This document shows, one piece after another, positions 17,832 through 28,333 of a stretch of DNA of 64,000 nt. This DNA comes from Gammaproteobacteria bacterium. Its GTDB lineage: Bacteria; Pseudomonadota; Gammaproteobacteria; Burkholderiales; SG8-39. Below the pieces are notes generated by a model that ran no database searches, was not told the origin of the DNA, and worked only from the letters and a program-made list of their open reading frames with translations. The stretch lies in contig JBGQFD010000001.1 in NCBI GenBank assembly GCA_041496705.1, positions 39,127-103,126 on the forward strand, in the 5' to 3' direction. Position 1 is the first letter of the stretch, and each line of letters starts with the position of its first letter. The translations under genes were made by a program, and so were the position numbers.

Positions 17832-19868
17832 TCAGGAACGCCCCGCCCGTTTCTTCGACTCTATGACCTGATAGCGCGTATACCAGTCGGCCAGAGCTGA
17901 GATAGCCCGTGCCCGCTCGCCCTGCTGCGCGAGCATCGGGGGGATCCCGGCGGCCTGCTTGAGTACCGACCCTGAATCGTCCCATTGGAACGCGGCCGGC
18001 CGGCCGACATAGGGAAGGAGCGCGCCGGCGCGACTAAACAGCAGCTGGTAACCCACAATGGCGAACGAGCGCCTCTCCGGAAGCGGAGCAAACAGGTCGT
18101 CGCCGAACGCCGGATAAGGCGCGTCCGAAAGCGCCAGGCGGTAGAGGGTGGGAAACATGTCGCGATGGCCGGCGTAACGATCCAGGTCCGGCGGGTTTTC
18201 GGGACGATACGCCCTGGGCACGTAGAAATACCCGGGCACGCTGTGAAAATCCTTGCTGTCGGCGGGCAACCGGTACTGAAACAGGGTGCGGAGATTGTGA
18301 TCTCCCGTGGCAGCGACGATGGTCTTCCTGCCGAGTGGCCCGGCCTCAATCCTGTCCAGGAAAAGACCGAACTGGTGGGTGGCGTACTGGTAGGTTTGGA
18401 GCTGCTTCTCGCTGCCCTGGACGTCCTTTGCAAGGTGCGCCCGCATGGACTTGAGATCGATGGGCAGGGGACGGTAGCTCTCCGGAACGCTGTGGGGGGG
18501 GTGGTTGGTCGTACTCACCAGGAAAATAAATGTCTTGCGCCGCCCGGTCTCCCCTTCCTGAAGGAGATCGTAGGCATAGCGAAACAGGTACTCGTCGTAC
18601 ACGCCCCATACCGTGCGCTGTGCGTCGGGGTAGCGCGCGAGGATATGGCCCATGTCGTTGACTTCGTCGAAATACTGGTTCTTGAGAGTTCGCCCCAGCG
18701 AGCGCCAAGCATTGCTGCCCCCATAGACAAATATCGTGCGATATCCCTGCTCCTTGAACGGGCGCGCAGCCGCCGCAGGGAAGCTGATGAGCCCGTATTG
18801 CCCCTGCGTGAGCGGGGTGAGCGGAGAGTTCAGCAGCAACGCCTCCAGCGTGGGGTGGGTACCATAATGTGCAGGGAAAAAATTCCAGAAGGTGATGTCG
18901 CCTTTCAGATGCTTGGCCATCGCCCCGGCGAGATTGTTTTCCGGCGAATCAAATTTCAGCGCGTGCGTTCCCCAGGACTCCTTCAGCGCGAACACGACGT
19001 GGGGGGGGCGATCCGCGAGGCGAGCGTTGCGCGGAGTGCGACGGAATACCGCTTTTTCAAGCTCGCTCGCAGTACCCTGCACGCCCAGCGTCTTCGCCAG
19101 ATCGTCCAGCGAGGCAAAGCCGTAGGCCGGAAGGCGAGCCGCCGCGTCATCGCTGATGGTGACCTGCGCGCGCCGATCCCTCGACGAATCGTAGAGCGTC
19201 TGCAGCGAGTTCCGTACGAGGTCGTTGACGAAGGGATCCGCGGAGACCGTGGCGTCCTGGTCGCGCAGCGGAAACGTGCCCAGGGTCCCGCGAGCGAGCA
19301 GTGCAAGAACCAGCACGGTCGAGATCCCCGCGGCCAATCTTTTCGCCGCTGACGGCCGGGCAGAGGGTAGCCCGGGGGCGAAGCGGACGACCAGCCAGGA
19401 CTGAAGCGCCGTAGCAACGATCACGCCCAACATCGCCGTGACCACGGGGAAGTCGCTCCAGATCGAAGCGATGATTCCCCACGTATCGTCCTCGTAGAGC
19501 CCGAAGACAATCGGCGTAAACGGCGTCTTGTAGAACCCGTAGTAAAAGTACTGGCAGGCCGCGCTGAAATTGACAACAAAGAAAATCGCCGCTACGGCAC
19601 CGCGCTGCAGCCAGGCACCGAGGCGACGCGTGAGTGTCGGCATTGCAACCAGGCTGGCCGGGCCTAGGAACACCAGCAGCATGACTGAGAGCGCCTTGAA
19701 GTCGAACCGTGCCCCCATCCAGAACGCGCGCGCAAGATCACCCATATGGCCGGTGATCAGCGCGGTATCCCCGTAGCGCAGCAGCTGCGTCAGACGAAAC
19801 GCAAGGAAGCCGAGCGCCCCGAGCGCAAGCACGGCCCAAACGGAGCGGTGAAATTGGAGCGGTCTCAT
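17832..19868 (-). CDS. LTA-synthase / phosphoglycerol-transferase-family membrane sulfatase-fold protein
   Basis: 678 aa with an N-terminal polytopic region and an alkaline-phosphatase-superfamily domain (VFALKESWG, TTNHPPHS, ATGDHN). Confidence 0.75.
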   Translation of the reverse strand: MRPLQFHRSVWAVLALGALGFLAFRLTQLLRYGDTALITGHMGDLARAFWMGARFDFKALSVMLLVFLGPASLVAMPTLTRRLGAWLQRGAVAAIFFVVNFSAACQYFYYGFYKTPFTPIVFGLYEDDTWGIIASIWSDFPVVTAMLGVIVATALQSWLVVRFAPGLPSARPSAAKRLAAGISTVLVLALLARGTLGTFPLRDQDATVSADPFVNDLVRNSLQTLYDSSRDRRAQVTISDDAAARLPAYGFASLDDLAKTLGVQGTASELEKAVFRRTPRNARLADRPPHVVFALKESWGTHALKFDSPENNLAGAMAKHLKGDITFWNFFPAHYGTHPTLEALLLNSPLTPLTQGQYGLISFPAAAARPFKEQGYRTIFVYGGSNAWRSLGRTLKNQYFDEVNDMGHILARYPDAQRTVWGVYDEYLFRYAYDLLQEGETGRRKTFIFLVSTTNHPPHSVPESYRPLPIDLKSMRAHLAKDVQGSEKQLQTYQYATHQFGLFLDRIEAGPLGRKTIVAATGDHNLRTLFQYRLPADSKDFHSVPGYFYVPRAYRPENPPDLDRYAGHRDMFPTLYRLALSDAPYPAFGDDLFAPLPERRSFAIVGYQLLFSRAGALLPYVGRPAAFQWDDSGSVLKQAAGIPPMLAQQGERARAISALADWYTRYQVIESKKRAGRS

Positions 19869-19946
19869 ACGTACACGTACGCTGTGGTCGCGCCGGGAGT
19901 CTGAAGTTCTGACACCGAACCAATCTCGCAGGCGCGGGGCCGGACC

Positions 19947-21047
19947 TCAGGTATTCTTGGAGACGACGATATTCGGGAACTTCGAGGTCATGTCCCGCGC
20001 CGATTCGGCGATCTTGATAGCGACGCGCCGCGCGATGGCGCGGTAAGCCTCGGCAGCTCGACCGTCGGGATCGGCCACCACCGTCGGCCTGCCCGAATCG
20101 GCCTGCTCGCGGATATTGATGTCGAGGGGCATCGCTCCCAGGAGCTCGGTGCCGTAGTCCTTGCACATGCGCTCGGCCCCGCCCTGGCCGAAGATGTGCT
20201 CCTCGTGGCCACAGTTGGAGCAGATGTGAGTGCTCATGTTCTCGACCACGCCGAGAATGGGAATACCGACTTTTTCGAACATCTTGAGCCCCTTGCGGGC
20301 GTCGATCAGGGCGATGTCCTGAGGCGTGGTGACGATCACCACCCCGGTCACGGGCACCTTCTGCGCAAGCGTTAGCTGAATGTCTCCGGTGCCGGGCGGC
20401 ATGTCGACGATCAGGTAGTCCACGTCGCGCCAGCGAGTGTCCTTGAGAAGCTGCTCCAGTGCCTGGGTCACCATCGGTCCGCGCCAGACCATGGGCGTGT
20501 CGCTATCGATCAGAAAACCGATCGAGATCGCCTGGATCCCGTGTCCGGTCATGGGCTCGAGGGTCTTGCCATCGCGCGACTCTGGCCTCCCGGTGATGCC
20601 GAGCATCATGGGTTGGGAAGGTCCGTAAATGTCGGCGTCCAGCACTCCGACACTGGCACCTTCGGCCGCCAGCCCGAGAGCCAGGTTCACCGCGGTCGTG
20701 GATTTGCCCACGCCCCCCTTGCCCGAGGCCACGGCGATGATGTTCTTGACGCCGGGAATGAGCTTCACCCCGCGCTGTACCGAGTGCGAAACGATCTTGC
20801 TCGTGACGCTGACCGATACGGTACCCAATCCGGGGATCGCGCGCAGCCTCGTCGATACGAGCCGGCGCAACGGATCGAACTGGGTTTTCGCGGGATAGCC
20901 GAGTTCGACCTCCAGCGTGACGGCGTCGCCGTCGATGCGCAGGTTCTTGACCGATTTCGTGGCAAGGAGATCCTTGCCAGTATTCGGGTCAAGAATTTCC
21001 TTGAGCGCGCCGTGAATTTGTTCCTGCGTGACTGGCATGGTGGACAT
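19947..21047 (-). CDS. apbC: iron-sulfur cluster carrier protein ApbC/Mrp
   Basis: 366 aa with an N-terminal MIP18/DUF59-like domain, a deviant Walker A (SGKGGVGKST) and a CSNCGH cluster-binding motif. Confidence 0.93.
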   Translation of the reverse strand: MSTMPVTQEQIHGALKEILDPNTGKDLLATKSVKNLRIDGDAVTLEVELGYPAKTQFDPLRRLVSTRLRAIPGLGTVSVSVTSKIVSHSVQRGVKLIPGVKNIIAVASGKGGVGKSTTAVNLALGLAAEGASVGVLDADIYGPSQPMMLGITGRPESRDGKTLEPMTGHGIQAISIGFLIDSDTPMVWRGPMVTQALEQLLKDTRWRDVDYLIVDMPPGTGDIQLTLAQKVPVTGVVIVTTPQDIALIDARKGLKMFEKVGIPILGVVENMSTHICSNCGHEEHIFGQGGAERMCKDYGTELLGAMPLDINIREQADSGRPTVVADPDGRAAEAYRAIARRVAIKIAESARDMTSKFPNIVVSKNT

Positions 21048-21210
21048 AGAGGGGCAGCATCCGGGGGTTACCGGCCGGCAATAGGTTGATATTCTAGCAA
21101 CTTTCGGATGCTCCCCGGGCGCCAGCGCGGTAGAATGCTGTCATACCGGGGGGACGGCCGCCGGCATCGCCGGCGGTTCGGACGCGGACCACTACGACTC
21201 TTACCAAGGC

Positions 21211-22545
21211 ATGCCGGACCCGACCAACAGAACCTTTATCTATAGCGTGCTGTTTCTCGACATTGTCGAGTATTCACAGTGCGTTGTCCCCAAACAGATC
21301 CGGCTCAAGGAGCGTTTCAACGCGGTTCTGACCGAGGCGATCGCCGGGGTGCCGGCGGACGATCGCATCATCCTCGATACTGGCGACGGGGCGGCAGTCT
21401 GTTTCCTGGGGGACCACGAAGACGCCATGTTCGTTGGCCTGGCCATGCGCGACGCGATCGCCTGCGAGGATCAGACCGGGGGCCGTGAGTTGGACATTCG
21501 CATCGGCATCAACCTCGGGCCTGTGAGGCTCGTCAAGGACATCAACGGCAACCCCAACATCATCGGCGACGGCATCAACGTGGCCCAGCGCGTCATGAGT
21601 TTCGCCGTGAAGGGCCAGATCCTGGTGCATCGCGATTACTACAACCTCATGGTGCGCATGTCCGAGGATTACGCCCAGCTGTTCCACTACGAAGGGGCGA
21701 TGACAGACAAGCACGTTCGCGAGCACGATGTTTATTCCATCATCAACGCCGCGCCCAGCACCCTCCGCCGGACCGCGCCCTTGCCTGTGCCCAGGCCGGT
21801 GATACGCCTGCCACGCCTCAGGCTTCCCAGCATCCACCTGTCCGACCTGCGGGTTCTCAGCGCACGCCTTCGGCCGATCGCTTCCAGGCTGGCGGTGAAC
21901 AGCAAGCTCCTTGTCGCCGCGCCGCTGGCGTTCATCCTGATCGTCAGTTCCGGCGTGATTGCGCGCAGCCACCGGAACTCCCCTGGAGAAGAAAAGAGCG
22001 GCGCACCCGTGTCGTCCGGCACGCCCAGGGCGGAGCAATCCCCCCTGAAGGTCGCAACGGCCGGAGCCGATCAGATCCAGCCGGACCAGGGGAGAACTGC
22101 CCCGGTGGAAAATCCGGCCACCCCTCCCAAGTCGGAGAATCCGACCGCTCCGGCCAAGTCGCAGCGGCCCATCGCCAACGCCAGGGCCCGGGATGCAGGT
22201 TCGACACGGGATGCCTTCCCGGCTGGCCGGAGGGCACCTGTGCAGACCGCCAGGGTCAAGGATGTCGCCGAAATGCTGGCCCTGCCCAAGGAGGCCGAAA
22301 CTCCTGTCGCGCCGCGTGGGCCCACCGCGGACACGGGGATCAACGTCGTGATCGTCGCGTTTCCCTGGGCCGAGGTCTACGTAGATGGGAACCGGCTGGG
22401 GGTCAGTCCGCCGCTCCGCTCGATCCCGCTCAAGCCGGGCAAGCACAAGGTAGAACTGCGCAATTCTTCTTTTCCCGCCCACGTCGAGACCGTCGAGGTC
22501 AAGAGCGGCGCTGAGATCAGCGTAAAGCACCGGTTCCGCCGCTGA
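21211..22545 (+). CDS. class III nucleotidyl cyclase-homology-domain protein with TM helix, Pro-rich linker and PEGA-like C-terminal domain
   Basis: 444 aa with CHD-like motifs VLFLDIVEYS, ILDTGDGAAVCF and IGDGINVAQRV, TM helix LLVAAPLAFILIVSSGVIA, and the C-terminal FPWAEVYVDGNRLGVSPP...KPGKHKVEL. Confidence 0.75.
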   Translation: MPDPTNRTFIYSVLFLDIVEYSQCVVPKQIRLKERFNAVLTEAIAGVPADDRIILDTGDGAAVCFLGDHEDAMFVGLAMRDAIACEDQTGGRELDIRIGINLGPVRLVKDINGNPNIIGDGINVAQRVMSFAVKGQILVHRDYYNLMVRMSEDYAQLFHYEGAMTDKHVREHDVYSIINAAPSTLRRTAPLPVPRPVIRLPRLRLPSIHLSDLRVLSARLRPIASRLAVNSKLLVAAPLAFILIVSSGVIARSHRNSPGEEKSGAPVSSGTPRAEQSPLKVATAGADQIQPDQGRTAPVENPATPPKSENPTAPAKSQRPIANARARDAGSTRDAFPAGRRAPVQTARVKDVAEMLALPKEAETPVAPRGPTADTGINVVIVAFPWAEVYVDGNRLGVSPPLRSIPLKPGKHKVELRNSSFPAHVETVEVKSGAEISVKHRFRR

Positions 22546-22551
22546 GGGACG

Positions 22552-22953
22552 ATGCCACGCTTCCGCTATCACGCGCTGTTGTTCGGATGCCTGGTGCTGA
22601 CCGGTTGCGCGTCGTTCAGGAACTTCAACGAGGACCTGGTCGGGATGTTCGCGGCGAAGGGTCAGAGGGAACTCGAAGTCGCCATCAAAGCCTACGAAGA
22701 CGGGGAGTACGCCTACTCGGCAAGGCTCCTGCAGGCAAGCCTGGATTCGGGCCTGCGCGGGGCGGCCAACCAGGTGCGAGCACACAAGTACCTCGCGTTT
22801 CTTCACTGCGCGGCCAGCCGCATACAACAGTGCCGCGACGAGTTCAGGAAGGCACTCGACATCGACCCTTCCTTCGATCTCCGGGACGACGAAGTCGGGC
22901 ACCCCGTGTGGGGTCCGGTTTTTCGCAGCCTGAGAACGACCTCCAGGAAATAA
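22552..22953 (+). CDS. small lipoprotein with TPR-like helical repeat
   Basis: 133 aa with lipobox LVLTGC. Only 6-nt gaps separate it from both neighbouring genes. Confidence 0.65.
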   Translation: MPRFRYHALLFGCLVLTGCASFRNFNEDLVGMFAAKGQRELEVAIKAYEDGEYAYSARLLQASLDSGLRGAANQVRAHKYLAFLHCAASRIQQCRDEFRKALDIDPSFDLRDDEVGHPVWGPVFRSLRTTSRK

Positions 22954-22959
22954 CCGGCC

Positions 22960-24150
22960 ATGACCGAACCGTGGCTGCTCGGCCGCTATGAAGTCGTTGC
23001 CGAACTCGGCAAAGGCGCCATGGGCGTCGTCTATCGGGCGAACGACCCGATGCTCAACCGCACGGTGGCCATCAAGACCATCAACATGGACGAGGCCGAG
23101 AACGAGGGTATGGCCGAGTACGAGGCGCGCTTCTACACCGAGGCCAAGGCGGCGGGCGGCCTGAATCACCCGAACATCATCATCATCTATGACATCGGCA
23201 AGAGCAGCCACCTAGTGTACATGGCGATGGAGTACATCGAGGGACGCGAGCTGCGCGAATTGCTCACCGAAGGGCAGCCGCTGCCCGTCGTACAGGGAAT
23301 CGACATCGCGGCGCAGATCGGGGAGGGATTGGCGTACGCCCACCAGCACCAGGTCGTGCATCGGGACATCAAACCTGCCAACATCCTCATCACCGGCGAA
23401 GGCCGCGCCAAGATCGCCGATTTCGGCATCGCGCGCATGCGCTCCAGCGAGACGCGTACGCAGACGGGCATCATTCTCGGCTCACCCAAGTACATCTCTC
23501 CCGAGCAGGTGGTCGGCAAGCGCGCCGACCATCGCTCCGATATCTTTTCCCTGGGCGTGATCCTCTACCAGTGCCTGACCGGCATGACCCCCTTCAACGG
23601 CGAAGGTCTGACCGCGCTCATGTACCAGATCACCAACTACGAGCCGCCGCCACCCAGTTCGACCAATCCCCAGGTACCGGTGATGCTCGACTACATCATC
23701 GCCAAGGTCCTCGCCAAGGCGCCGGAGGCGCGCTACCAGAGTGCGGCCGACCTGGCGAACGACCTGCGCGAGTGCAGATTGCAGATGGAAGGTGGCACGG
23801 CGGCCAGCCTATCGGCGACGGCGCCGATCCCCATCATGCCGGCCCTGGCGGCAGCCGCGCAGAAGCCTTCGGCGCTCCCGGCGCCCGATGCCACGGAGGA
23901 TCCTGCGGCGCTGCCACCTCCCACCAAGGGCATATCGCGCGCTTTCGACTCGCACGAAGCCACCTCGCGCCTGATGCGCCAGATCAGCGCCGACGGCACC
24001 GAGGAATTCGTGGTGTCGCCGTTTTCAACCAGCGCGCTGCGGTCTGGCAGGCGGTCCACGGAACATCCCTGGGGACCGCGCGAGAACGCCATCTTCGCTG
24101 CTACCGTAATCGCCGCGATGTTCATCGCTACCGCCATCGTCCTGCTGTGA
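22960..24150 (+). CDS. Hanks-type serine/threonine protein kinase, C-terminally tail-anchored
   Basis: 396 aa with GKGAMGVVY, VAIK, HRDIKPANIL, DFGIA and SPEQ. A single TM helix sits at the extreme C-terminus (IFAATVIAAMFIATAIVLL). Confidence 0.9.
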   Translation: MTEPWLLGRYEVVAELGKGAMGVVYRANDPMLNRTVAIKTINMDEAENEGMAEYEARFYTEAKAAGGLNHPNIIIIYDIGKSSHLVYMAMEYIEGRELRELLTEGQPLPVVQGIDIAAQIGEGLAYAHQHQVVHRDIKPANILITGEGRAKIADFGIARMRSSETRTQTGIILGSPKYISPEQVVGKRADHRSDIFSLGVILYQCLTGMTPFNGEGLTALMYQITNYEPPPPSSTNPQVPVMLDYIIAKVLAKAPEARYQSAADLANDLRECRLQMEGGTAASLSATAPIPIMPALAAAAQKPSALPAPDATEDPAALPPPTKGISRAFDSHEATSRLMRQISADGTEEFVVSPFSTSALRSGRRSTEHPWGPRENAIFAATVIAAMFIATAIVLL

Positions 24151-24211
24151 GCGCAGTGCCGCGCCGGAGACCGGCGCGTGGCGGTAAAATGACAGCTTTT
24201 TGAAAGTCAGC

Positions 24212-26299
24212 ATGTCTCGCCGGCTGTTCGTCACCACCGCCCTCCCTTACGCGAACGGCGCGTTTCACATCGGCCATATCATGGAGTACATCCAGGCCGA
24301 CATCTGGGTGCGGTTTCAGCGCATGCAGGGCCATGAAGTGCATTTCATCGGCGCCGACGACGCGCACGGCGCGCCCATCATGCTCGCGGCGGAGAAGGCC
24401 GGAAAATCGCCTGAGCAATTCATCGACGAAATCGCGAAGGGACGCAAGCAATACCTCGACGGCTTTCACATCGAATTCGACAACTGGCACTCGACTCATT
24501 CGAAAGAAAATACCGAGCTATCGCAAGACATATACCGCAAGCTCGTCAAGGCGGGGCTCGTCTACAAAGAAGCGATAGCGCAGTTCTTCGATCCAGTGAA
24601 AAGCATGTTCCTCGCCGACCGTTACATCAAGGGCGAATGCCCAAACTGCGGCGCGAAGGATCAGTACGGGGATGCGTGCGAGAACTGCAGCACCGTGTAT
24701 TCACCCACGCAGCTCAAGAACCCGTACTCGACCCTCTCCGGTGCGAAGCCAGAGCTCAAGTCGTCTGAGCACTACTTCTTCAGACTTTCCGATCCGAAGT
24801 GCACCGAGTTCCTGAAGAAATGGATCGCGGACGCAGGACGGCTCCAGCCGCAGGTCGCGAACAAGGCAAGAGAATGGCTCGAAGGCAAGGGCGAGAAGAC
24901 GCTCGCCGACTGGGACATCTCGCGCGACCCGCCGTATTTCGGCATCCGCATCCCCGACATCAAGGAAGAGAAATACCTCTACGTCTGGCTCGACGCGCCG
25001 ATCGGTTATCTCGCGAGCCTGAAGAACTACTGCTCGAAGAAGAAGCTCGACTTCGAAAAGCTCCTCGCCGACCCGAAAACCGAGCAGATTCACTTCATCG
25101 GAAAAGACATCATCTACTTCCATGCCCTGTTCTGGCCGGCGATGCTGAAATTCGCCGGCTACAAAATCCCGGACCACGTCTACGTGCACGGCTTCATCAC
25201 CGTGTCGGGCGACAAGATGTCGAAGAGCCGCGGAACAGGGATCGATCCTCTGCGATATCTAGAGCTTAGGATGAATCCGGAGTGGCTGCGCTACTACTTG
25301 GCGGCAAAGTTGAATGCAAACGTCGAGGACGTTGACTTCAACCCCGACGACTTCATAGCGCGAGTCAACAGCGATCTGGTGGGCAAGTATGTGAATATCG
25401 CGAGCCGTGCAGCAAAACTCCTCAGTGAGTATTTCCAAGGCCGCATTGATCCAATCAGGGGCCCCGCTCACTCACCTGCCTATTTGCTCGAGCACGCACG
25501 AGCTTCCGCCGATATGACCAAGGGCTACTACGAACGCAGAGAATACAGCCTCGCTCTTCGGGACGCGATGCACCTTGCAGATGAAGTAAACGAGTATTTC
25601 GATTCCAGGAAGCCCTGGGAATTGGCGAAGAAAGTCGCCTTGGAATCAGGGCAACATTTCAAAGAAGAACTCCACGAAGTATGTTCGGTCGCGCTAATTT
25701 GCTTCCGACGCTTGACGATCCAGTTGTCTCCTGTTTTGCCAGTCTTGAGTGAGACGGTGGCCAGAGAGCTTTTCGGAATGGATCGACCATTTACGTGGGC
25801 TGATCTCGAAGTAATACCCGAAAGAATCAATCCTTACCATCACCTAGTGACCCGTGTGGAAGAAAAGCAGCTCGATCAACTCTTCGACGTCCAGTCCGTG
25901 CCGCAGCCGGCGGCACCCCAGCGGCACGCCGAAAAGCAGCAACACGCAGCCAAGGAGCTATCCGTGGGCGACGGGACCATTTCAATCGACGACTTCAACA
26001 AAGTGGACCTGCGCATCGCGAAGATCGTCAAAGCCGAGCAAGTCGAAGGGGCGGACAAGCTCCTGAGGCTGACCCTCGACCTCGGCGGTGGAACGCGCAC
26101 GGTGTTCGCCGGGATAAAATCCGCCTACGACCCGGCGAAGCTCGAGGGCCGGCTCACTGTGATGGTCGTGAACCTCGCGCCGCGCAAGATGAAGTTCGGC
26201 GTTTCGGAGGGCATGGTGCTTGCCGCGAGCGGCGACGACCCGGGCCTTTACCTGCTCGCGCCGGACAACGGCGCCCGGCCGGGCATGAAGGTCAAATAG
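24212..26299 (+). CDS. metG: methionine--tRNA ligase
   Basis: ATG at codon 5 of ORF 24200..26299. Motifs: [11 protein letters not shown] (HIGH), Zn knuckle CPNCGA...CENC, KMSKS, and a C-terminal EMAP/Trbp111-like domain. Confidence 0.97.
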   Translation: MSRRLFVTTALPYANGAFHIGHIMEYIQADIWVRFQRMQGHEVHFIGADDAHGAPIMLAAEKAGKSPEQFIDEIAKGRKQYLDGFHIEFDNWHSTHSKENTELSQDIYRKLVKAGLVYKEAIAQFFDPVKSMFLADRYIKGECPNCGAKDQYGDACENCSTVYSPTQLKNPYSTLSGAKPELKSSEHYFFRLSDPKCTEFLKKWIADAGRLQPQVANKAREWLEGKGEKTLADWDISRDPPYFGIRIPDIKEEKYLYVWLDAPIGYLASLKNYCSKKKLDFEKLLADPKTEQIHFIGKDIIYFHALFWPAMLKFAGYKIPDHVYVHGFITVSGDKMSKSRGTGIDPLRYLELRMNPEWLRYYLAAKLNANVEDVDFNPDDFIARVNSDLVGKYVNIASRAAKLLSEYFQGRIDPIRGPAHSPAYLLEHARASADMTKGYYERREYSLALRDAMHLADEVNEYFDSRKPWELAKKVALESGQHFKEELHEVCSVALICFRRLTIQLSPVLPVLSETVARELFGMDRPFTWADLEVIPERINPYHHLVTRVEEKQLDQLFDVQSVPQPAAPQRHAEKQQHAAKELSVGDGTISIDDFNKVDLRIAKIVKAEQVEGADKLLRLTLDLGGGTRTVFAGIKSAYDPAKLEGRLTVMVVNLAPRKMKFGVSEGMVLAASGDDPGLYLLAPDNGARPGMKVK

Positions 26300-26301
26300 G
26301 A

Positions 26302-28323
26302 ATGGACGTGGCGCCGCTTTCAGGTTCGCTGCTCGTCGCGGTTGCGTGGCTCGCGATTGCGGCGCTGGGGCTGGTACCCGCCGGCAACGCGTTCTTCGCC
26401 AGGCGGCTCGCGTTTCCGCTCGGGGCGCTCGCCGGTGTCGCGCTCGCGGCCTTCGGCCTACAGGCGGTGTGGCTGCCGGCGCAGTCCTTGACGCTGCCGC
26501 TCGGGCTGCCCGACCTGCCTTTCCATCTGCGCATCGACGCGCTCGCAGGATTCTTCCTGATGCTGCTCGGCTCGGTGTCGGCGGGCATCTCCGTGTACTC
26601 CGCGGGCTATTTCCGCGAAGAGTCCTCGGGGCGCCTCGCGCTCATCAGCCTTCAGTACCACGTGTTTCTTGCCAGCATGGCCTTCGTGCTGCTCGCCGAC
26701 GACGCCTATATGTTCATGGTGGCCTGGGAAACGATGGCGCTGTCCTCGTATTTTCTGGTCATCACCGACCACCGGCAGCCGGCGATACGCAGCGCCGGTT
26801 TCCTCTATCTGCTGATCGCGCATCTGGGAGCGATCGCGATCCTCTTGTGCTTCGGCGTGCTGCACGGCGGACGCGGCGATTACACGTTCGCCGCGCTGCG
26901 CGCCGCCCAGCTGCAGCCGGCGTGGGCGAGCGTGGCCTTCCTGCTCGCCTTCTTCGGCTTCGGCGCCAAGGCGGGGATGATCCCGCTTCACGCATGGCTG
27001 CCCGAGGCGCACCCGGCTGCGCCTTCCCCCGTCTCGGCACTGATGAGCGGCATCATGCTCAAGACCGCCATCTACGGCATGGTGCGGGTGATCTTCGACC
27101 TGATCGGAAACGTGCGCTGGGAATGGGGCATGGTGGTGCTCGCGGTCGGTGCCGGCACGACGCTCTTCGGCGTGCTCTACGCCCTCATGCAGCACGATCT
27201 GAAACGCCTGCTCGCCTATCACTCGGTCGAGAACATCGGGATCATCCTGCTCGGCCTCGGTATGTCGATGGTGTTCATCGGCTTCGGCCATCCGGCGGCA
27301 GGTGCGCTGGGCCTGATCGCCGGGCTCTACCACACCCTCAACCACGCCGTGTTCAAGGGACTCCTCTTCCTCGGCGCGGGCTCGATCCTGCACTCGACGG
27401 GCCTGCGCAACCTGAACGACATGGGCGGCCTGATCCACAGCATGCCGAGGACCGCGTTCTACTTCCTCATCGGCGCGCTCGCGATCTCCGCGCTGCCGCC
27501 CTTGAACGGATTCGTATCCGAGTGGCTGACTTTCCAGACTGCCCTGCAAGCACCCCTCCTTCTCCAGAACAGCATCGTGCGCAGCCTGCTGCCGCTTTTC
27601 GCGGCGACTCTGGCCCTCGCCGGCGCGCTCACCGCGATGTGCTTCGTCAAGGTCTACGGCATCGCCTTTCTCGGCCGGCCGCGCGAGCCCGCGCATCCTT
27701 CGCCTCTGCCCCACGCGGGGGACGCGGGCCTCATGGAACGCTTTGGCATGGCCTGGCTTGCGGCCGGCTGCTTCGTGCTCGGGCTATTCCCGAGCTCGTT
27801 TCTATTGATCCTGAACCGAGTCGGCGTTTCGCTGACCGGCCAGGGCTTGTCCGAGCAGGCGCTTGCCGGTTCGGGCTGGCTGTGGCTCGTGCCCACCGCG
27901 CCGGAGCAGGCCAGCTACTCGCCCGTCATCTTTCTGGTGGTGATTGTCGCCGTGACGCTGCTTGCGTTCCTGCTGGTGCGCCGCTTCTACCACGGCCGCA
28001 TGCGCTTCGCCGATCCCTGGGACTGCGGCTACCCCGAGCAGACCCCGCGCATGCAGGACACGGCGGACGCTTTCGGCCAGCCGATCCGCCACGTCTTTGG
28101 CCCGATCTACCGCATGGACCGCAGGCTCCCCGGTCCCGACGACGCCGCGCCGAGATACGTGCTCAAAGTCGAAGACCGCCATTGGTATTGGCTCTACCTG
28201 CCCGTGGCGCGTGCGGCCGAATTCGTCTCGTCGAAGATCGCCCTGCTGCAGCAAGGCCGGATCAGCATTTACCTGCTCTACAGCTTCATCACCCTGATCG
28301 CGCTGCTGGTGTTCGTGAGATGA
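26302..28323 (+). CDS. HyfB-like antiporter-type membrane subunit (NuoL/M/N family)
   Basis: 673 aa, polytopic, same length class as E. coli HyfB. Motifs WETMALSSYFLV and LPEAHPAAPSPVSALMSG. The start lies 2 nt after the metG stop. Confidence 0.85.
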   Translation: MDVAPLSGSLLVAVAWLAIAALGLVPAGNAFFARRLAFPLGALAGVALAAFGLQAVWLPAQSLTLPLGLPDLPFHLRIDALAGFFLMLLGSVSAGISVYSAGYFREESSGRLALISLQYHVFLASMAFVLLADDAYMFMVAWETMALSSYFLVITDHRQPAIRSAGFLYLLIAHLGAIAILLCFGVLHGGRGDYTFAALRAAQLQPAWASVAFLLAFFGFGAKAGMIPLHAWLPEAHPAAPSPVSALMSGIMLKTAIYGMVRVIFDLIGNVRWEWGMVVLAVGAGTTLFGVLYALMQHDLKRLLAYHSVENIGIILLGLGMSMVFIGFGHPAAGALGLIAGLYHTLNHAVFKGLLFLGAGSILHSTGLRNLNDMGGLIHSMPRTAFYFLIGALAISALPPLNGFVSEWLTFQTALQAPLLLQNSIVRSLLPLFAATLALAGALTAMCFVKVYGIAFLGRPREPAHPSPLPHAGDAGLMERFGMAWLAAGCFVLGLFPSSFLLILNRVGVSLTGQGLSEQALAGSGWLWLVPTAPEQASYSPVIFLVVIVAVTLLAFLLVRRFYHGRMRFADPWDCGYPEQTPRMQDTADAFGQPIRHVFGPIYRMDRRLPGPDDAAPRYVLKVEDRHWYWLYLPVARAAEFVSSKIALLQQGRISIYLLYSFITLIALLVFVR

Positions 28324-28333
28324 GCTGCGCAAG

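Noticed and set aside
21274-23211. 645-aa minus-strand ORF covering the cyclase/lipoprotein/kinase genes
   Set aside because: It is antisense to three well-supported genes. The product is Arg/Gly/Pro/His-rich with no recognisable motifs, which is a typical high-GC shadow ORF.
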